Of a stretch of DNA of 64,000 bases, positions 53,778 through 64,000 are shown piece by piece (position 1 is the first letter of the stretch; each line of letters starts with the position of its first letter). Under the pieces are notes generated by a model. It did no database searches. It was given only the letters and a program-made list of their open reading frames with translations, and was not told the origin of the DNA. The DNA comes from an uncultured Verrucomicrobiae bacterium (lineage in GTDB: Bacteria; Verrucomicrobiota; Verrucomicrobiia; Chthoniobacterales; UBA10450). The position numbers and the translations under genes are program-made. The DNA lies in contig CAVSDR010000003.1 in NCBI GenBank assembly GCA_963726745.1, forward strand, positions 896,001-960,000. The letters run 5' to 3'.

Positions 53778-54593
53778 ATGTGGGACGTCATGTTCTGGCC
53801 CATCGTGGCCTGCGTTCTTCTCCCCTGGCTCCTGGTCTATCTCGGACTGCACGTGGTCCAGCGGGGAATTATTTTTATCGATATCGCGATGGCGCAGATG
53901 GCCTCGTTAGGCATTTGCGTGGCGCTGCTTTTCCGGATCGATCTCCATAGCCCAATCACCTTCGCGATTGCGCTCGGCTTTACCTTGCTCGCGGCGGCGC
54001 TGTTTTCCTTTACCGGAAAACGCGCCAGCGAAGTGCCGCAGGAAGCGATCATCGGCATCGCTTACGTGGTCGCGGCCGCGGCTGCCGTGCTCATGCTCAG
54101 CCGCGCGGCCGAGGGGGACGAGGAGATCAAGCAGATGCTTGTGGGCAACATCCTGCTGGTCTCACCGAGCGATGTCTGGATTTGCTTTGGGCTCTTCGTG
54201 GCCGTGGGGGTGTTCCACTTTCTCCTGCGGAAGAATTTCCTCCTGGTTTCCTTCGATCGCGATGCCGCCTATCACCGCGGGCTCATCGTGCGCTGGTGGG
54301 ATTTTCTCTTCTACGCCGCCTTCGGCCTGGTCGTGACCAGCTTCGTCCGCATCGCCGGGGTGCTCCTGGTTTTCAGTTATCTGATCGTGCCGGCGGTCTG
54401 CGGGATTACCCTCGCGCGCCGGACCGGGGCGCGCTTGCTCATCGGTTGGCTGGTCGCGCTGATCGGCGGAGTGGCCGGGTTGTTTTTCTCCTTTTACGGC
54501 GACCTGCCCTCGGGCGCCGCGATCGTCTGCACCTTCGGCGCGTTGCTCGTGCTCGTGACCCTGCTCTCGCTCTTCCGGCGAGCGGCGGCCTAG
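53778..54593 (+). CDS. Metal ABC transporter permease, ZnuB-like
   Basis: YLGLHVVQRGIIFIDIA, QEAIIG, GVLLVFSYLIVPA, DLPSGAAIV. Confidence 0.88.
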   Translation: MWDVMFWPIVACVLLPWLLVYLGLHVVQRGIIFIDIAMAQMASLGICVALLFRIDLHSPITFAIALGFTLLAAALFSFTGKRASEVPQEAIIGIAYVVAAAAAVLMLSRAAEGDEEIKQMLVGNILLVSPSDVWICFGLFVAVGVFHFLLRKNFLLVSFDRDAAYHRGLIVRWWDFLFYAAFGLVVTSFVRIAGVLLVFSYLIVPAVCGITLARRTGARLLIGWLVALIGGVAGLFFSFYGDLPSGAAIVCTFGALLVLVTLLSLFRRAAA

Positions 54594-57112
54594 CGCCACT
54601 CGTGCTTCGGGTATTTGCGCTGCAGCTCTTTTTTGAGCTTCGGGTATTGCTCCGCCCAGAAGCCGGCGAGATCGCTTGTGACCTGGATCGGGCGATGATT
54701 CGGCGCCAGCACTTGCATGACTAACGAGACTCGGCCGCGGGCGATCGTGAGGTTGCGCTCGACGCCGTAAAGATCCTGGATGCGCGCAGCCACCACCGGC
54801 GCGCTTGTGAGGTGGTAGGTTATTTTCGCCTTCCGGCCTTTCGGCAACTCCAGCCGCTCAGGCGCGAGTTGATCGACCTGCTGCTGCTGCTCCCAGGTGA
54901 GCCACGATTTCACCGCAGGCCAGACCGGGCGTTCCTTGATTTCCTTGTAACCCAAGGCGCCGCGGCAGACTTCCTCGATCATCAAGCGCTTCTCCGCCTC
55001 GCCCACGGTCGGGAATTGCAACTCCGGAAACCACTGCGCGACGCAGTTCACGCGCACGAGCCATTGCTCGACTGCGTTGTCCCAATTCTTCAGCGGACAA
55101 GCGCCCGCGAGCACCTGCTCCGCGAGCAAGGCCGCCGCCTGCTCCTCGCTGGGATTAGCCGGCGCGCTCCGCAAGACGAGGTCATGAAACGCGGTCAACT
55201 TTTTGCCGACGACGCGCCGCATCGTCGGATCGAACGCGACCTCGATCTCCTCGCGAAACGCCTCGGGGAAAAGCTCGCGCAGCCATTCCTCCTCGATCTT
55301 CGTCCCAAGGGTGAGCAGCGTCTGCAACTCGCCGCCGGTCTCGATCTCGCGGATCTCGGAAGCAACCAGGAGCGGCGCGCGATGGACCACGCTTTCGCGC
55401 GCGAGCACCCCGCGCCGGCCATGCACCAGCGCACAGCGAAGCGTTCCCTGGTCCAGCCGGAGCGCCACTTGATCGGGAAACCCGGCGAGGACGCAGCGCT
55501 GGATCGCGCCCGGCAGCAGGCTCGTTCGGCGAGACGTCGAGGCCTTCCTTGCGCGCGATCTCGAGGAACTGCTCCGCCAGTTGAGCGGCCTCGCGCGCCG
55601 CCGGCGCGTTCACTGAGAGCCGGGCGCAACGCCGCGGATCGAAGTCGTTCTTTTCCGCGAAGCGAAAGGCGCGCGTGAGGATGAAAAGATCCGAATCGTC
55701 GTCGTCGCCTAACAAGTCGTTGCGGTCGTCGCGCGCCTGTTTGCCCTCGGCCCGGCGCAGGAGATTGCGCCCCTGCGTAACCGCGGCGATGAGCGCAATC
55801 GCGCGCACGCAGCGTATTCCTGCGCCGCCAGGAGCATGCGCGCGTAGCGCGGGTGCAGCGGGAAGGCGAGCATCCGCTGGCCGAGCGGGGTGATCTCGCC
55901 GGCTAAAATCGCGCCGAGGTCGCCTAACAAACGCTCGGCGCCCTCGAGCGCGCGCGGGTCGGGCGGCTCGAGCCAGCGGAACTTGCCGACATCTTCCACC
56001 CCGCTGGCCTTGAGCGTGAGCACGACCTCCGCGAGGTCGAGCCGCTTCACTTCCGGCAATTCCTGCGCGGCGCGCTCGAGATGCTCGCGCTCGGTCCAAA
56101 GCCGGAGGCAATGCCCGGGCGCGGTCCGGCCGGCGCGGCCGGCGCGTTGATCGGCCGCGGCGCGGCTGATCTTTTCCACGAGCAAAGTGTTGATCCCACG
56201 CCGCGGATCAAAGCGCGCGATCCGCGCCAGCCCGGCATCGATGACCACGCGCACGCCCTCGATCGTGAGCGAAGTTTCGGCGACGTTGGTCGCGATGATG
56301 ACCTTGCGTTTTTCGTAACGGGCGAGCGCGGCGTCCTGCTCCGCGGGCTGTAACTCGCCATGCAACGGCACGACGACAAAGTGCTGGCTAATCCTGGAAG
56401 CGCGGACGGCGTTGAGGGTGCGGCCGATCTCGTATTTCCCCGGCATGAAGATGAGCACGTCGCCTTCGGTCGAGCGCGCCAGCCTAACGAGTTCTTCCAC
56501 GGCCAGGTCCCAGACCGGGAAGTCGCCGGCTGATTTCGGCAGATACTCGACCGTGACCGGATGCTGCCGCCCGCCAGAGGTAAGGGTGGAGCAGGGCTGG
56601 AGGAATTTCTCGAGCGCGCCGGTATCGAGCGTGGCGGACATGACCACGACCTGGAGATCGGGGCGCGCGGTTTCCTGCAGGTGCAAGGCGCGCGCGAGGG
56701 TGATGTCGCCGTAGAGATGGCGCTCGTGAAATTCGTCGAAGAGGATTGCGGAAACGCCGCGGAGTTGCGGATCCTTGATCAGTTGCCGCAGGAGAATGCC
56801 CTCGGTGACGAAGCGGATGCGCGTGCGCCGGGAGACGACATTCTCGAAGCGAATCTGGTAGCCGACTTCGTCGCCTAATTTGCCAGCACGCTCATGGGCC
56901 ACGCGGGCCGCCAGCATGCGCGCGGCAATGCGGCGCGGCTGCAGAATGACCACCTCGCCTTCGCCGAGCAAATCGTGCTCGAGCAGCATCTGCGGCACCT
57001 GGGTGGATTTCCCGGAGCCAGTCGGGGCCTGCAGGATCAGGCGCGGGCGTTCGCGCAACGCGCTGACGATTTCCGCCTCGAGCTCGTAGATCGGAAGGTC
57101 GCGCGGCGCCAT
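54590..57112 (-). CDS. hrpB: ATP-dependent helicase HrpB (frameshifts near 55810 and 55510)
   Basis: APTGSGKST, DEFHER, MSAT, ATNVAETSLTI, QRAGRAGR; C-terminal LAPNHRPIQVT.DL..FW...YPKHEW. Confidence 0.9.
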
Positions 57113-57115
57113 CGC

Positions 57116-58744
57116 TTAAGGCTGCTCTTTCCGCCGCCGCAGCAAATCGCCCACGGCGTCGACCAGCAAAACCAGTCCGGCGCAGGTGGCGAGCAGGGTG
57201 AAGGAATATTGGAGCATGGTGTAGCGATGGATGTGCAGCGAATGCACGATCGCGGTGCCGAGGCTGTTCCCGAACGGGTAGGCAAAAAGGAAAAGCGTGA
57301 GCAGCGTCAAGGGTCCATAACGTGCCCGCCACCCGGGCCAAAACAGGAGCGCAACAGCCAGGGCGAGCGTGCCCAGGAAGACGACCAGAAAGGCGTGCGC
57401 GAGGAGATTATTTGCCCGGCGCACGCTCCAGGATTGCACGACATCCGCCGGCGTCTGCTGGAGCTCGCGGGAATGCGCGAGGTATTCCTGCAAGGGCGGG
57501 AACGGAGCATTATCCCGCGCGCGGCCATCGAGGACGCGATTGCTTTTCTGGTAGTAGCCGTCAAAGCGCGCGTGCTTTTGCCCGATGAAGGCGGGGTTGT
57601 TCCAGCGATAAAAAATCGCCATCTGGCTGGTTATTTTCCGGAGCATCGCGCCCGGGCGATGGCGCATCGTGCGCCAGAAGTAGTCGCGGAAGAATTGCAT
57701 CTGCAGGTGGTAATCGGGGAAGAAACGCGGCGTCCAACGATGCAAGCCATCGACGTGGAAGAGGAGATAATCCGGGTCGAACCCGAAGGAGCTGTAGTGG
57801 TGGCTGTGGGCCCACGAGCGCGCCATCGCGTCGTGTAAACTCGCGACCACTTCGCCAAACCAGGCGCAGCCTTGGGGCGGGCAAAGCCCGCGCGCGAGGT
57901 CCTCGTCCATCTGCTGCACGATCAGGTTCGCGTGAATCGTGAAGAGGCTTTCGGCCATGATGTTGTGGGCGTCGTCGTCCGGCTCGGCCATTTTGCGCTC
58001 GAAGAGAACGACCGTGAGCGCAGCGGCGAGGCCGAGCGCGAGCACCGCCAAGCGCCGCCGCCAGGTGGCGCGACGATCGAAGAGCGCGACCACGACGAGC
58101 CCCGCGCTGAAGAGCACGCTGATCCCAAAGCTGGTCTTGATCGTGACCAGGAGGACGGAGTTTACGAGCACGCCGCAGGCAAGCGCCGCGGTTCCACGGT
58201 TGAAACCCTGCGCGCGCCAGCGCGCGAAAAAGAGGAGCGAGAGGTAGATGTTCAGAAGCGCGAAAAAAGGCGCGATGCCCTCCGGGCGAATCTGGTGCTC
58301 GAAGACGATCGGCCGATTCGCCAGGAGATAGACCGCGACCATGCCCAGCCCGAGAAAACGATGCCACCAGCGCGGCACGAAACGCAGGAGCGGTGCGAGT
58401 TGATTCCACGAAAGCAGGAGGAGCACGCCGGTCCCGAGCCCGAGAAGATGCTGCACCACACTGAGCGCGCGAAAATCACGCACCGCGCTGAGCACCAGCC
58501 AAACGAAGCCGGGATAGAGGAAGTTTCGCCCGTCGGTGTGTTGAAAGCCGGTGCCGGAAAGCTTCGAGATTGCTGGGTAGAGGTAGCCCCAGGTATCGGG
58601 ATCGGCCAGGGGCCATTGCGGCAGGCGAAAACGCAGAGCCGCGCCGCCCGCGAAGATGAGCGCCAGCAGCAGGCCGTAAAGAACGGCGCGTCCAAGGGCG
58701 AAGCTGCGCGCGTTTGAGTTCACAAGGTGAGCACTGGCTTTCAA
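57116..58744 (-). CDS. Polytopic membrane protein, possibly GT-C-like; start uncertain
   Basis: Many TM segments, DPDTWGYL loop, R..LYP. Confidence 0.6.
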   Translation of the reverse strand: MKASAHLVNSNARSFALGRAVLYGLLLALIFAGGAALRFRLPQWPLADPDTWGYLYPAISKLSGTGFQHTDGRNFLYPGFVWLVLSAVRDFRALSVVQHLLGLGTGVLLLLSWNQLAPLLRFVPRWWHRFLGLGMVAVYLLANRPIVFEHQIRPEGIAPFFALLNIYLSLLFFARWRAQGFNRGTAALACGVLVNSVLLVTIKTSFGISVLFSAGLVVVALFDRRATWRRRLAVLALGLAAALTVVLFERKMAEPDDDAHNIMAESLFTIHANLIVQQMDEDLARGLCPPQGCAWFGEVVASLHDAMARSWAHSHHYSSFGFDPDYLLFHVDGLHRWTPRFFPDYHLQMQFFRDYFWRTMRHRPGAMLRKITSQMAIFYRWNNPAFIGQKHARFDGYYQKSNRVLDGRARDNAPFPPLQEYLAHSRELQQTPADVVQSWSVRRANNLLAHAFLVVFLGTLALAVALLFWPGWRARYGPLTLLTLFLFAYPFGNSLGTAIVHSLHIHRYTMLQYSFTLLATCAGLVLLVDAVGDLLRRRKEQP

Positions 58745-58839
58745 CGGAACGGGAACATTGCAGGGAAACGCCTTTTTGCACTTTCCGCGGAACCGGCGAA
58801 GCTCCCCGCACGCGATGACTCCGAGGGGCTGGCCGCACG

Positions 58840-59976
58840 ATGATTAACGCGCATACACGGCTGCTTTTTTTCGCCCCGCATCCCGACGACGAGAGTCTCG
58901 CCGGCGGCGGCTTGCTGCAACGCGCGGTCGCCGCGGGCGCGGAAGTGCGGGTGGTCTTCGCGACCAACGGCGACAACAATCCCTGGCCGCATCGCCTGGT
59001 GCAGCGGCAATGGAAAATCGAAGTGGGCGACCAGATGCTCTGGGGCATGCGCCGCGCGCAGGAAGCGCTGGATGCGCTCGACATTCTCGGCCTGCCCGCG
59101 AGCGCAGCGGAGTTTCTCCATTTGCCTGACCAGCGCGTGACCGAGCTTTTCCTGCGGAACGATCCGGAGACCGTCCGGCGAATCACGCGGATCGTAGAAC
59201 AGTTTCGGCCGACATTATTGGTCGCGCCGGCGCCGTTCGACATTCATCCCGATCACAGCGCGCTCTGGCTGCTGATTCAGCAAGCCTGCCTGCGCGCGGC
59301 CTGCGCGCCGCCGGAGCAACTGGCCTTCGCGGTGCATGGCCGCGGTTATCATTCGGACTGGCACGCGGAGGAGTTGAACCTCTCAATGCGGGAGCAAATC
59401 GTGAAACGCGCCGCCGTGCTCAGCCATGATTCGCAAATGATCCTGAGCCGCCGCCGTTTCCTCGCGCACGTGACCCCGCGGGAACGTTTTTGGCGTGCGA
59501 CCGCGCCGCGCGAAAACGATCCCGGGCATCCGGTGCGAAGCGCGCGCGTCGAGGCGAATACCCTCGTCCTGCAGCTGCGCCGGCGTCAGCGCGCCGGCAG
59601 TTTTGCGCGCTGCCGCTTGATGCTCGCGCTCGAGCACGGGCTCGCCGGCCGGGCGCAGCGCTGGGTGGTGAGCTTGCCGGCTAATTCCCGCCGCGCCTCC
59701 GTGTGCGAGGCGAGCAGCGGCGCGGAACTGGCCCTGGCCCAGGTGCGCACGCAGGGCGTGCATGCGGAAGTGCGCGTGCCGCTTCCAGCGCCGGAAACGC
59801 TCACCCACGTCTTCGCCAAGCTGCTCGAGCCGGCGCTCTTTTTCGATGTCGCCGGCTGGCGGGAAATCCCCACCGCGCCCACCCTCGCGCCGGCGTCGCT
59901 CAACGGTCACAGCATGTCGCTGGCGCCGCAGCGCCGTCGCCGGTTGCTCCCGCTCAGGGCGAAAGCCGCTCGATAA
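58840..59976 (+). CDS. PIG-L family deacetylase
   Basis: APHPDDESL, ATNGD, DIHPDH, HDSQ. Confidence 0.88.
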   Translation: MINAHTRLLFFAPHPDDESLAGGGLLQRAVAAGAEVRVVFATNGDNNPWPHRLVQRQWKIEVGDQMLWGMRRAQEALDALDILGLPASAAEFLHLPDQRVTELFLRNDPETVRRITRIVEQFRPTLLVAPAPFDIHPDHSALWLLIQQACLRAACAPPEQLAFAVHGRGYHSDWHAEELNLSMREQIVKRAAVLSHDSQMILSRRRFLAHVTPRERFWRATAPRENDPGHPVRSARVEANTLVLQLRRRQRAGSFARCRLMLALEHGLAGRAQRWVVSLPANSRRASVCEASSGAELALAQVRTQGVHAEVRVPLPAPETLTHVFAKLLEPALFFDVAGWREIPTAPTLAPASLNGHSMSLAPQRRRRLLPLRAKAAR

Positions 59977-60610
59977 ACCAGGCAGCGCCGGCTGCTTCGC
60001 GGCGGTAGCGGAAGCGATCGTGCAAGCGGTTCGTGCGGCCCTGCCAAAACTCAATCGTGTGCGGGACCACGCGGTAGCCGCCCCAATGCTCCGGCAGCGG
60101 CACCTCGCTCCCGGCAAAACGCTCCCCGGCCGCGGCCAGCTGCTCTTCGAGCGCTTCCCGGCTCGCGACCACCTCGCTTTGCGCCGAGGCCCAGGCTCCG
60201 AGCTGACTGCCTTTCGGCCGCGAATGAAAATAAGCTTCGGCCTCTGCCACCGAGGTCTTCTCGACCGTGCCTTCGATGCGCACCTGGCGCTCAAGTTGCA
60301 CCCAAAAAAGGATAAGCGCGGCGCGCGGGTTCGCGGCCAGCTGGCGGCCTTTGTCGCTCGCGTAGTTGGTGAAGAAAACGAAGCCGCGCTCGCTGACGCC
60401 CTTGAGCAAAACGATGCGCGCAAAAGGCGCGCCGTCTGGAGAAGCGGTCGCCAGGGTCATCGCATTCACGTCGCGGATCTGCGAAAGGGCGGCGGCTTCG
60501 CCAAACCAAATCTCGAATTGCTTGATCGGGTCCGGATCGAGGTCCGACCGGTGCAGTCCGCGGGCGGTGTAATCTTCGCGCAGCGCCGCCAGGTCGATCG
60601 AGTTGCTCAC
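59954..60610 (-). CDS. pdxH: Pyridoxamine 5'-phosphate oxidase
   Basis: LREDY, NAMTLAT, RIVLLK, FFTNY.S.K, SRP..SQ, EFWQGR.NRLHDR, RLSP. Confidence 0.95.
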   Translation of the reverse strand: MSNSIDLAALREDYTARGLHRSDLDPDPIKQFEIWFGEAAALSQIRDVNAMTLATASPDGAPFARIVLLKGVSERGFVFFTNYASDKGRQLAANPRAALILFWVQLERQVRIEGTVEKTSVAEAEAYFHSRPKGSQLGAWASAQSEVVASREALEEQLAAAGERFAGSEVPLPEHWGGYRVVPHTIEFWQGRTNRLHDRFRYRREAAGAAWFIERLSP

Positions 60611-60685
60611 GGCAGCTAACACGCAGCCAAGGCACGGAGGTGTCAAGCGTGGCCCTCCTCTTGCTTTGAGTCGTTATACCCTCTG

Positions 60686-61372
60686 ATGAAAACGACTCGT
60701 GTCCTTGCTTTCTGCCTTGGGCTGCTGCTGCTCCCGCACACCAGCCGCAGCGCCGTTCTCTATACCTACGATTTCCCAGGCAGCCCGGGGTCGGGGCTGG
60801 CCTCCGCGCAAACCAATCCCCAACCGCCGAAGGCAACTTTTAGCGACTTCACCCGGGCCGCCAGCCTCGCGGCGACGACCAGCGCCAGCGGCAACAACGT
60901 TTTTTCCAGCAATGGCTGGGGCACCGGCGCAGCCTTCGACCCGGCCCAATATGTCGGCTATTCCATCGCCGCGGCGACCGGCTTTGTGCTCAATCTCACC
61001 AGCATTGACTTCCTCGCAGGCCGCTCCGCCACAGGCCCGACAAGCGCCCGCGCGAGCCTTTTCCTGAACGGCGTCGCCACCCCGTACGCCTCGCTGGACT
61101 TTACCCCCGCGACGAGCCTTGGCGCCTTTACGCTCAACTTCCCCGCACTCACCAGCGCCAGCAATGTCAGCTCCGCCGAGATTCGCTTCTACGGGTGGAG
61201 CGGCGGCGGCGGTCGATTGGACTTCGATGATGTCGCGACCAACGGCGCCACCGCCGTGGCGACCGTGCCGGAAGCCTCCGCCATTGTCCCAGTCCTTCTG
61301 CTGCTCGCGGCGATCACGGGCGCCGAGGTCCGCCGGCACCGGCGGGGCGCGTTGCGCCTAACGAGCGGTTAA
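60686..61372 (+). CDS. PEP-CTERM-type sorted surface protein
   Basis: Signal peptide; C-terminal VPEASA + hydrophobic helix + RRHRR. Confidence 0.75.
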   Translation: MKTTRVLAFCLGLLLLPHTSRSAVLYTYDFPGSPGSGLASAQTNPQPPKATFSDFTRAASLAATTSASGNNVFSSNGWGTGAAFDPAQYVGYSIAAATGFVLNLTSIDFLAGRSATGPTSARASLFLNGVATPYASLDFTPATSLGAFTLNFPALTSASNVSSAEIRFYGWSGGGGRLDFDDVATNGATAVATVPEASAIVPVLLLLAAITGAEVRRHRRGALRLTSG

Positions 61373-62697
61373 AGCTGTGAGCGGAACGGGATCGCCAGCC
61401 ACTCGGTGGTCCGTTCCCAGAGACTGCGCCGTTTGAATTGCTCAAGCGTGTAGGGCTGCGACTGCGCCAGGTCGCGCTCAAAGGCCGCTTCCATTTCCTT
61501 TCCGAACCCCTCGTCGTAGATCACCAGATCGATCTCCTCGTTAATCTCCGAGGAACGCGCGTCCAGGTTGGAGGTTCCCACCATCGAGAACATCCCGTCG
61601 GCTACCATCGTCTTCGCGTGGATCATCGTCGGCTGATACTCGAAAATCTTCACCCCGCCCTCGAGCAGTTCGCCATAAGCGGTGCGTCCGGCCGAGCGGG
61701 TGAGCGGCTGGTCGTTATGCGGTCCCGGCAGGAGCAAGCGCACATCGACTCCGCGCCGCGCGGCCTGGCTCAGTAGGCGCACCTGATCCGCGGTCGGAGT
61801 GCAGTAGGGATTGGTGATCCAAATGCGTTGCTCCGCGGCCGCGAACGTCACCGCCTGGATCAACGGTATCGGCGCGATCGAGAAGGAATGCGACTCGATG
61901 ACGCGCGCCTGTTGCGGGCCGGCTTTGGGCAGCCGGGGAAATTGCCCGGCGCCGGTCAGTGCTTCGCCGTAAGTCTTGATCCAGTGGGCTTGGAAAGCGG
62001 ACTGGAGATCGTTCACTACCGGCCCTTCGATCTGCACCTGCGTGTCGCGCCAGTGTTTCGGATCCTGCGCGTGTCCGTCCCATTTGTCCTCGAACGCGGC
62101 GCCGCCGGTGAAGCCCACTTTCCCGTCGACCACCAGGACGCGACGATGCGAGCGACGATTCGTCCGGTCGATCCGCCAGGAAGCCACCGGATGGTAATAG
62201 GAAAATTTGCAGCCGGCTTCCTGCATCATCCGCACATCGGAATTGTCCAGCGACCAGCCGGACCCGATGCCATCCAGCAAGACGCGCACTTCCACCCCGG
62301 CCCGCGCACGCTCGATGAAAGCGTCGCGAAACTCGTGGCCGATGTGGTCCGACGCGAAAATGTAGGAAGCAAAATTAACCGTCTGCTTGGCGCCGCGGAT
62401 GGCCGCCAGCATCGCCGGGAAATAGGTGTCGCCATTCTCCAGCAAGACGATTTTGTTGCCGGCCACCGGGATCGGATCGGTCAGGCCGAGCGCGGAGCCA
62501 AAGAACTCCGCGGAGTGCACGTTGAAAGTGTGCTCGAGATTAAACTCCATCGTCTGCCGACGAATGAAGAAGAGGCAGAAAACCAGGATGACGCCGAGAG
62601 ACGCCAGGGTGGCGCCGATCCATTCGCCCAAGGTGAAGGTGCCATGCTGCTTCTGCAGCTTGTGCCGGACTTTTGCTCTGGTTGCGCCTTTGGCCAT
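61369..62697 (-). CDS. Cardiolipin synthase-like phospholipase D
   Basis: LENG..YF, WRDT, HRRVLVVDG and HAKTMVAD PLD motifs, GTSNLD.RS. Confidence 0.88.
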   Translation of the reverse strand: MAKGATRAKVRHKLQKQHGTFTLGEWIGATLASLGVILVFCLFFIRRQTMEFNLEHTFNVHSAEFFGSALGLTDPIPVAGNKIVLLENGDTYFPAMLAAIRGAKQTVNFASYIFASDHIGHEFRDAFIERARAGVEVRVLLDGIGSGWSLDNSDVRMMQEAGCKFSYYHPVASWRIDRTNRRSHRRVLVVDGKVGFTGGAAFEDKWDGHAQDPKHWRDTQVQIEGPVVNDLQSAFQAHWIKTYGEALTGAGQFPRLPKAGPQQARVIESHSFSIAPIPLIQAVTFAAAEQRIWITNPYCTPTADQVRLLSQAARRGVDVRLLLPGPHNDQPLTRSAGRTAYGELLEGGVKIFEYQPTMIHAKTMVADGMFSMVGTSNLDARSSEINEEIDLVIYDEGFGKEMEAAFERDLAQSQPYTLEQFKRRSLWERTTEWLAIPFRSQL

Positions 62698-62700
62698 CCG

Positions 62701-64000
62701 CTAGTCGCGCTGGACTAACTCCTGCACCTTCCCGAGCAAAGCCGCGCGCGCTTTCTCTTCGTCCTCGTAACCCCAGACTGCAACCTCCAGCATGCGCGCC
62801 CCGATTTCGCGCCGGGCGCGCCAGGCATTGCGCAAGCGGCCCCGGGCGGACCAATCTTCCGTGAGCTCGCTCGGGTCATCGCTAAACGAAGTGCGCCCGT
62901 CCCAATAGCAGTAGAGCACGTCAAGGTTCTGCGCCGGGCCTTGAAAACGATAGGTCCGATACGGCAACCGCACGCCGTGCACCGCGACTGTCTGCAAGCT
63001 CGATTGCCCCTGCATCGTCAGCCCGCTGGCTGGGAGACAAATGTCCGGGCGATGATTTTTCACAAAAAGCGCCGCGGTGCGTCCGGGGAGCCAACGGAAG
63101 TAATACATCAGCCAATCGCGCCCATCAGCCGCTCGCCAGGTCGCGCCGCCCCCTTCGTTGTAAAGCAGAAGCTCCTTGGCCGCCGCCGGCACTTCCGTGA
63201 CGCGGTAGTCATTCGCCTGCACCGGCCAGGCAGCGCTCCAGGAGGGTTGCTTCGAAAGGTCCGGCCCCCGGAAGTGATACCAGGCCGCCGCGCTTCCCTC
63301 GACAAGCAGCATCCAAACAAGCAGCACGCTGGCAAAGCGCAGGGCGCGGGTTTGCACCGGAAGCGGGACCTGTGGCGCGCGCGAAGCTGAAACCGCGGGC
63401 TGCCCACGCACGAGCCAAAGGCTCATTAGCCAGAGTCCAACCAGGCAGATGATGAGGATGGTGAAGCCAGCCGAATCATGCCAGGCGTGGACACCTTCGG
63501 TGCCGGACTTTGCCGCCACGAGACAAAGGATGAGGGTGCGCACCAGGTTGCAGACAAAAGCCAGGACAGCCGCGAGGAAGACCAGGAGGAGCCGGCGCGC
63601 CGCGGTCATGCGATAGAATTCGCCCAGGAAGAGCGCGATCATAAAAGTCGACTGCAACGAGCGCACGCCGGTGCAGGCATCTTCAATTCCAACCAGCCCG
63701 GTAGTCAGCTCGATGACGTTGCCGCGCTGCACCGCGATGGTGCCGATGGCATTCAAGGTTTCGACCACGATCGCGGCATCCGCGCGCATCAGCCCAAGGA
63801 CGATCTGTTGTTCGATCTGTGCCGGCCAGGGCGTGGCCACGAGAAAGAAGACAATCGCAAAGCCGAAGTGCCGGACCCAGGGACGCCCGCCGATGAGATG
63901 CAGCGCGGAAAGCGAAGCAATCACCCCCGCAAGCGAGAGCGCCCAACTCAGCAGCCGCCAATCGGGATTGGCGACGGAAACGATGCGCGCGGGAAGGAGC
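62701..64000 (-). CDS. Exosortase/archaeosortase family protein with C-terminal periplasmic domain (5'-partial)
   Basis: ANPDWRLL, IEDACTGVRS (Cys), NLVRT (Arg), WHDSAG (His); H.PDICLPASG in the C-terminal domain. Confidence 0.88.
   Translation of the reverse strand, partial: LLPARIVSVANPDWRLLSWALSLAGVIASLSALHLIGGRPWVRHFGFAIVFFLVATPWPAQIEQQIVLGLMRADAAIVVETLNAIGTIAVQRGNVIELTTGLVGIEDACTGVRSLQSTFMIALFLGEFYRMTAARRLLLVFLAAVLAFVCNLVRTLILCLVAAKSGTEGVHAWHDSAGFTILIICLVGLWLMSLWLVRGQPAVSASRAPQVPLPVQTRALRFASVLLVWMLLVEGSAAAWYHFRGPDLSKQPSWSAAWPVQANDYRVTEVPAAAKELLLYNEGGGATWRAADGRDWLMYYFRWLPGRTAALFVKNHRPDICLPASGLTMQGQSSLQTVAVHGVRLPYRTYRFQGPAQNLDVLYCYWDGRTSFSDDPSELTEDWSARGRLRNAWRARREIGARMLEVAVWGYEDEEKARAALLGKVQELVQRD

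Overview
High-GC (roughly 65% by eye) bacterial chromosomal segment, most likely Verrucomicrobiota (Chthoniobacterales-like). That placement is an inference from the PEP-CTERM/exosortase genes, the dockerin-tailed secreted protein and the Verrucomicrobia-type C-terminal domains. The window is mostly core and accessory metabolism: rpoA-rplQ, LemA/TPM genes, tRNA-Val(GAC), gmhA, ccsA, pnp, rpsO, pyrimidine catabolism, iorAB-like genes, HPr, galK, a SNF2 helicase, queE, a metal-uptake cluster, hrpB, pdxH, a cls-like gene and an exosortase. No prophage, transposase or CRISPR array was seen. About 13 otherwise intact genes carry frameshifts, most simply explained as long-read consensus indels. The strongest unexplained signal is a dispersed non-palindromic DNA word, GCCTAACGAG(T)/(A)CTCGTTAGGC: 43 hand-counted copies of its 7-bp core, on both strands, in several reading frames, forcing rare TTA/CTA codons and supplying many stop codons. 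A sister word, CGGCTAAW, is also enriched. This behaves like an undescribed DNA-uptake-sequence/HIP-type genomic signature. Other highlights are a His/Cys-rich uORF ending in HAPP ahead of an ATPase-less metal-uptake operon, two membrane pseudokinases bracketing HPr, a beta-propeller/di-heme/dockerin protein next to CcsA, a plant PYD1-like dihydropyrimidine dehydrogenase, and a structured leader on an rpoA-rplQ unit detached from the alpha operon.
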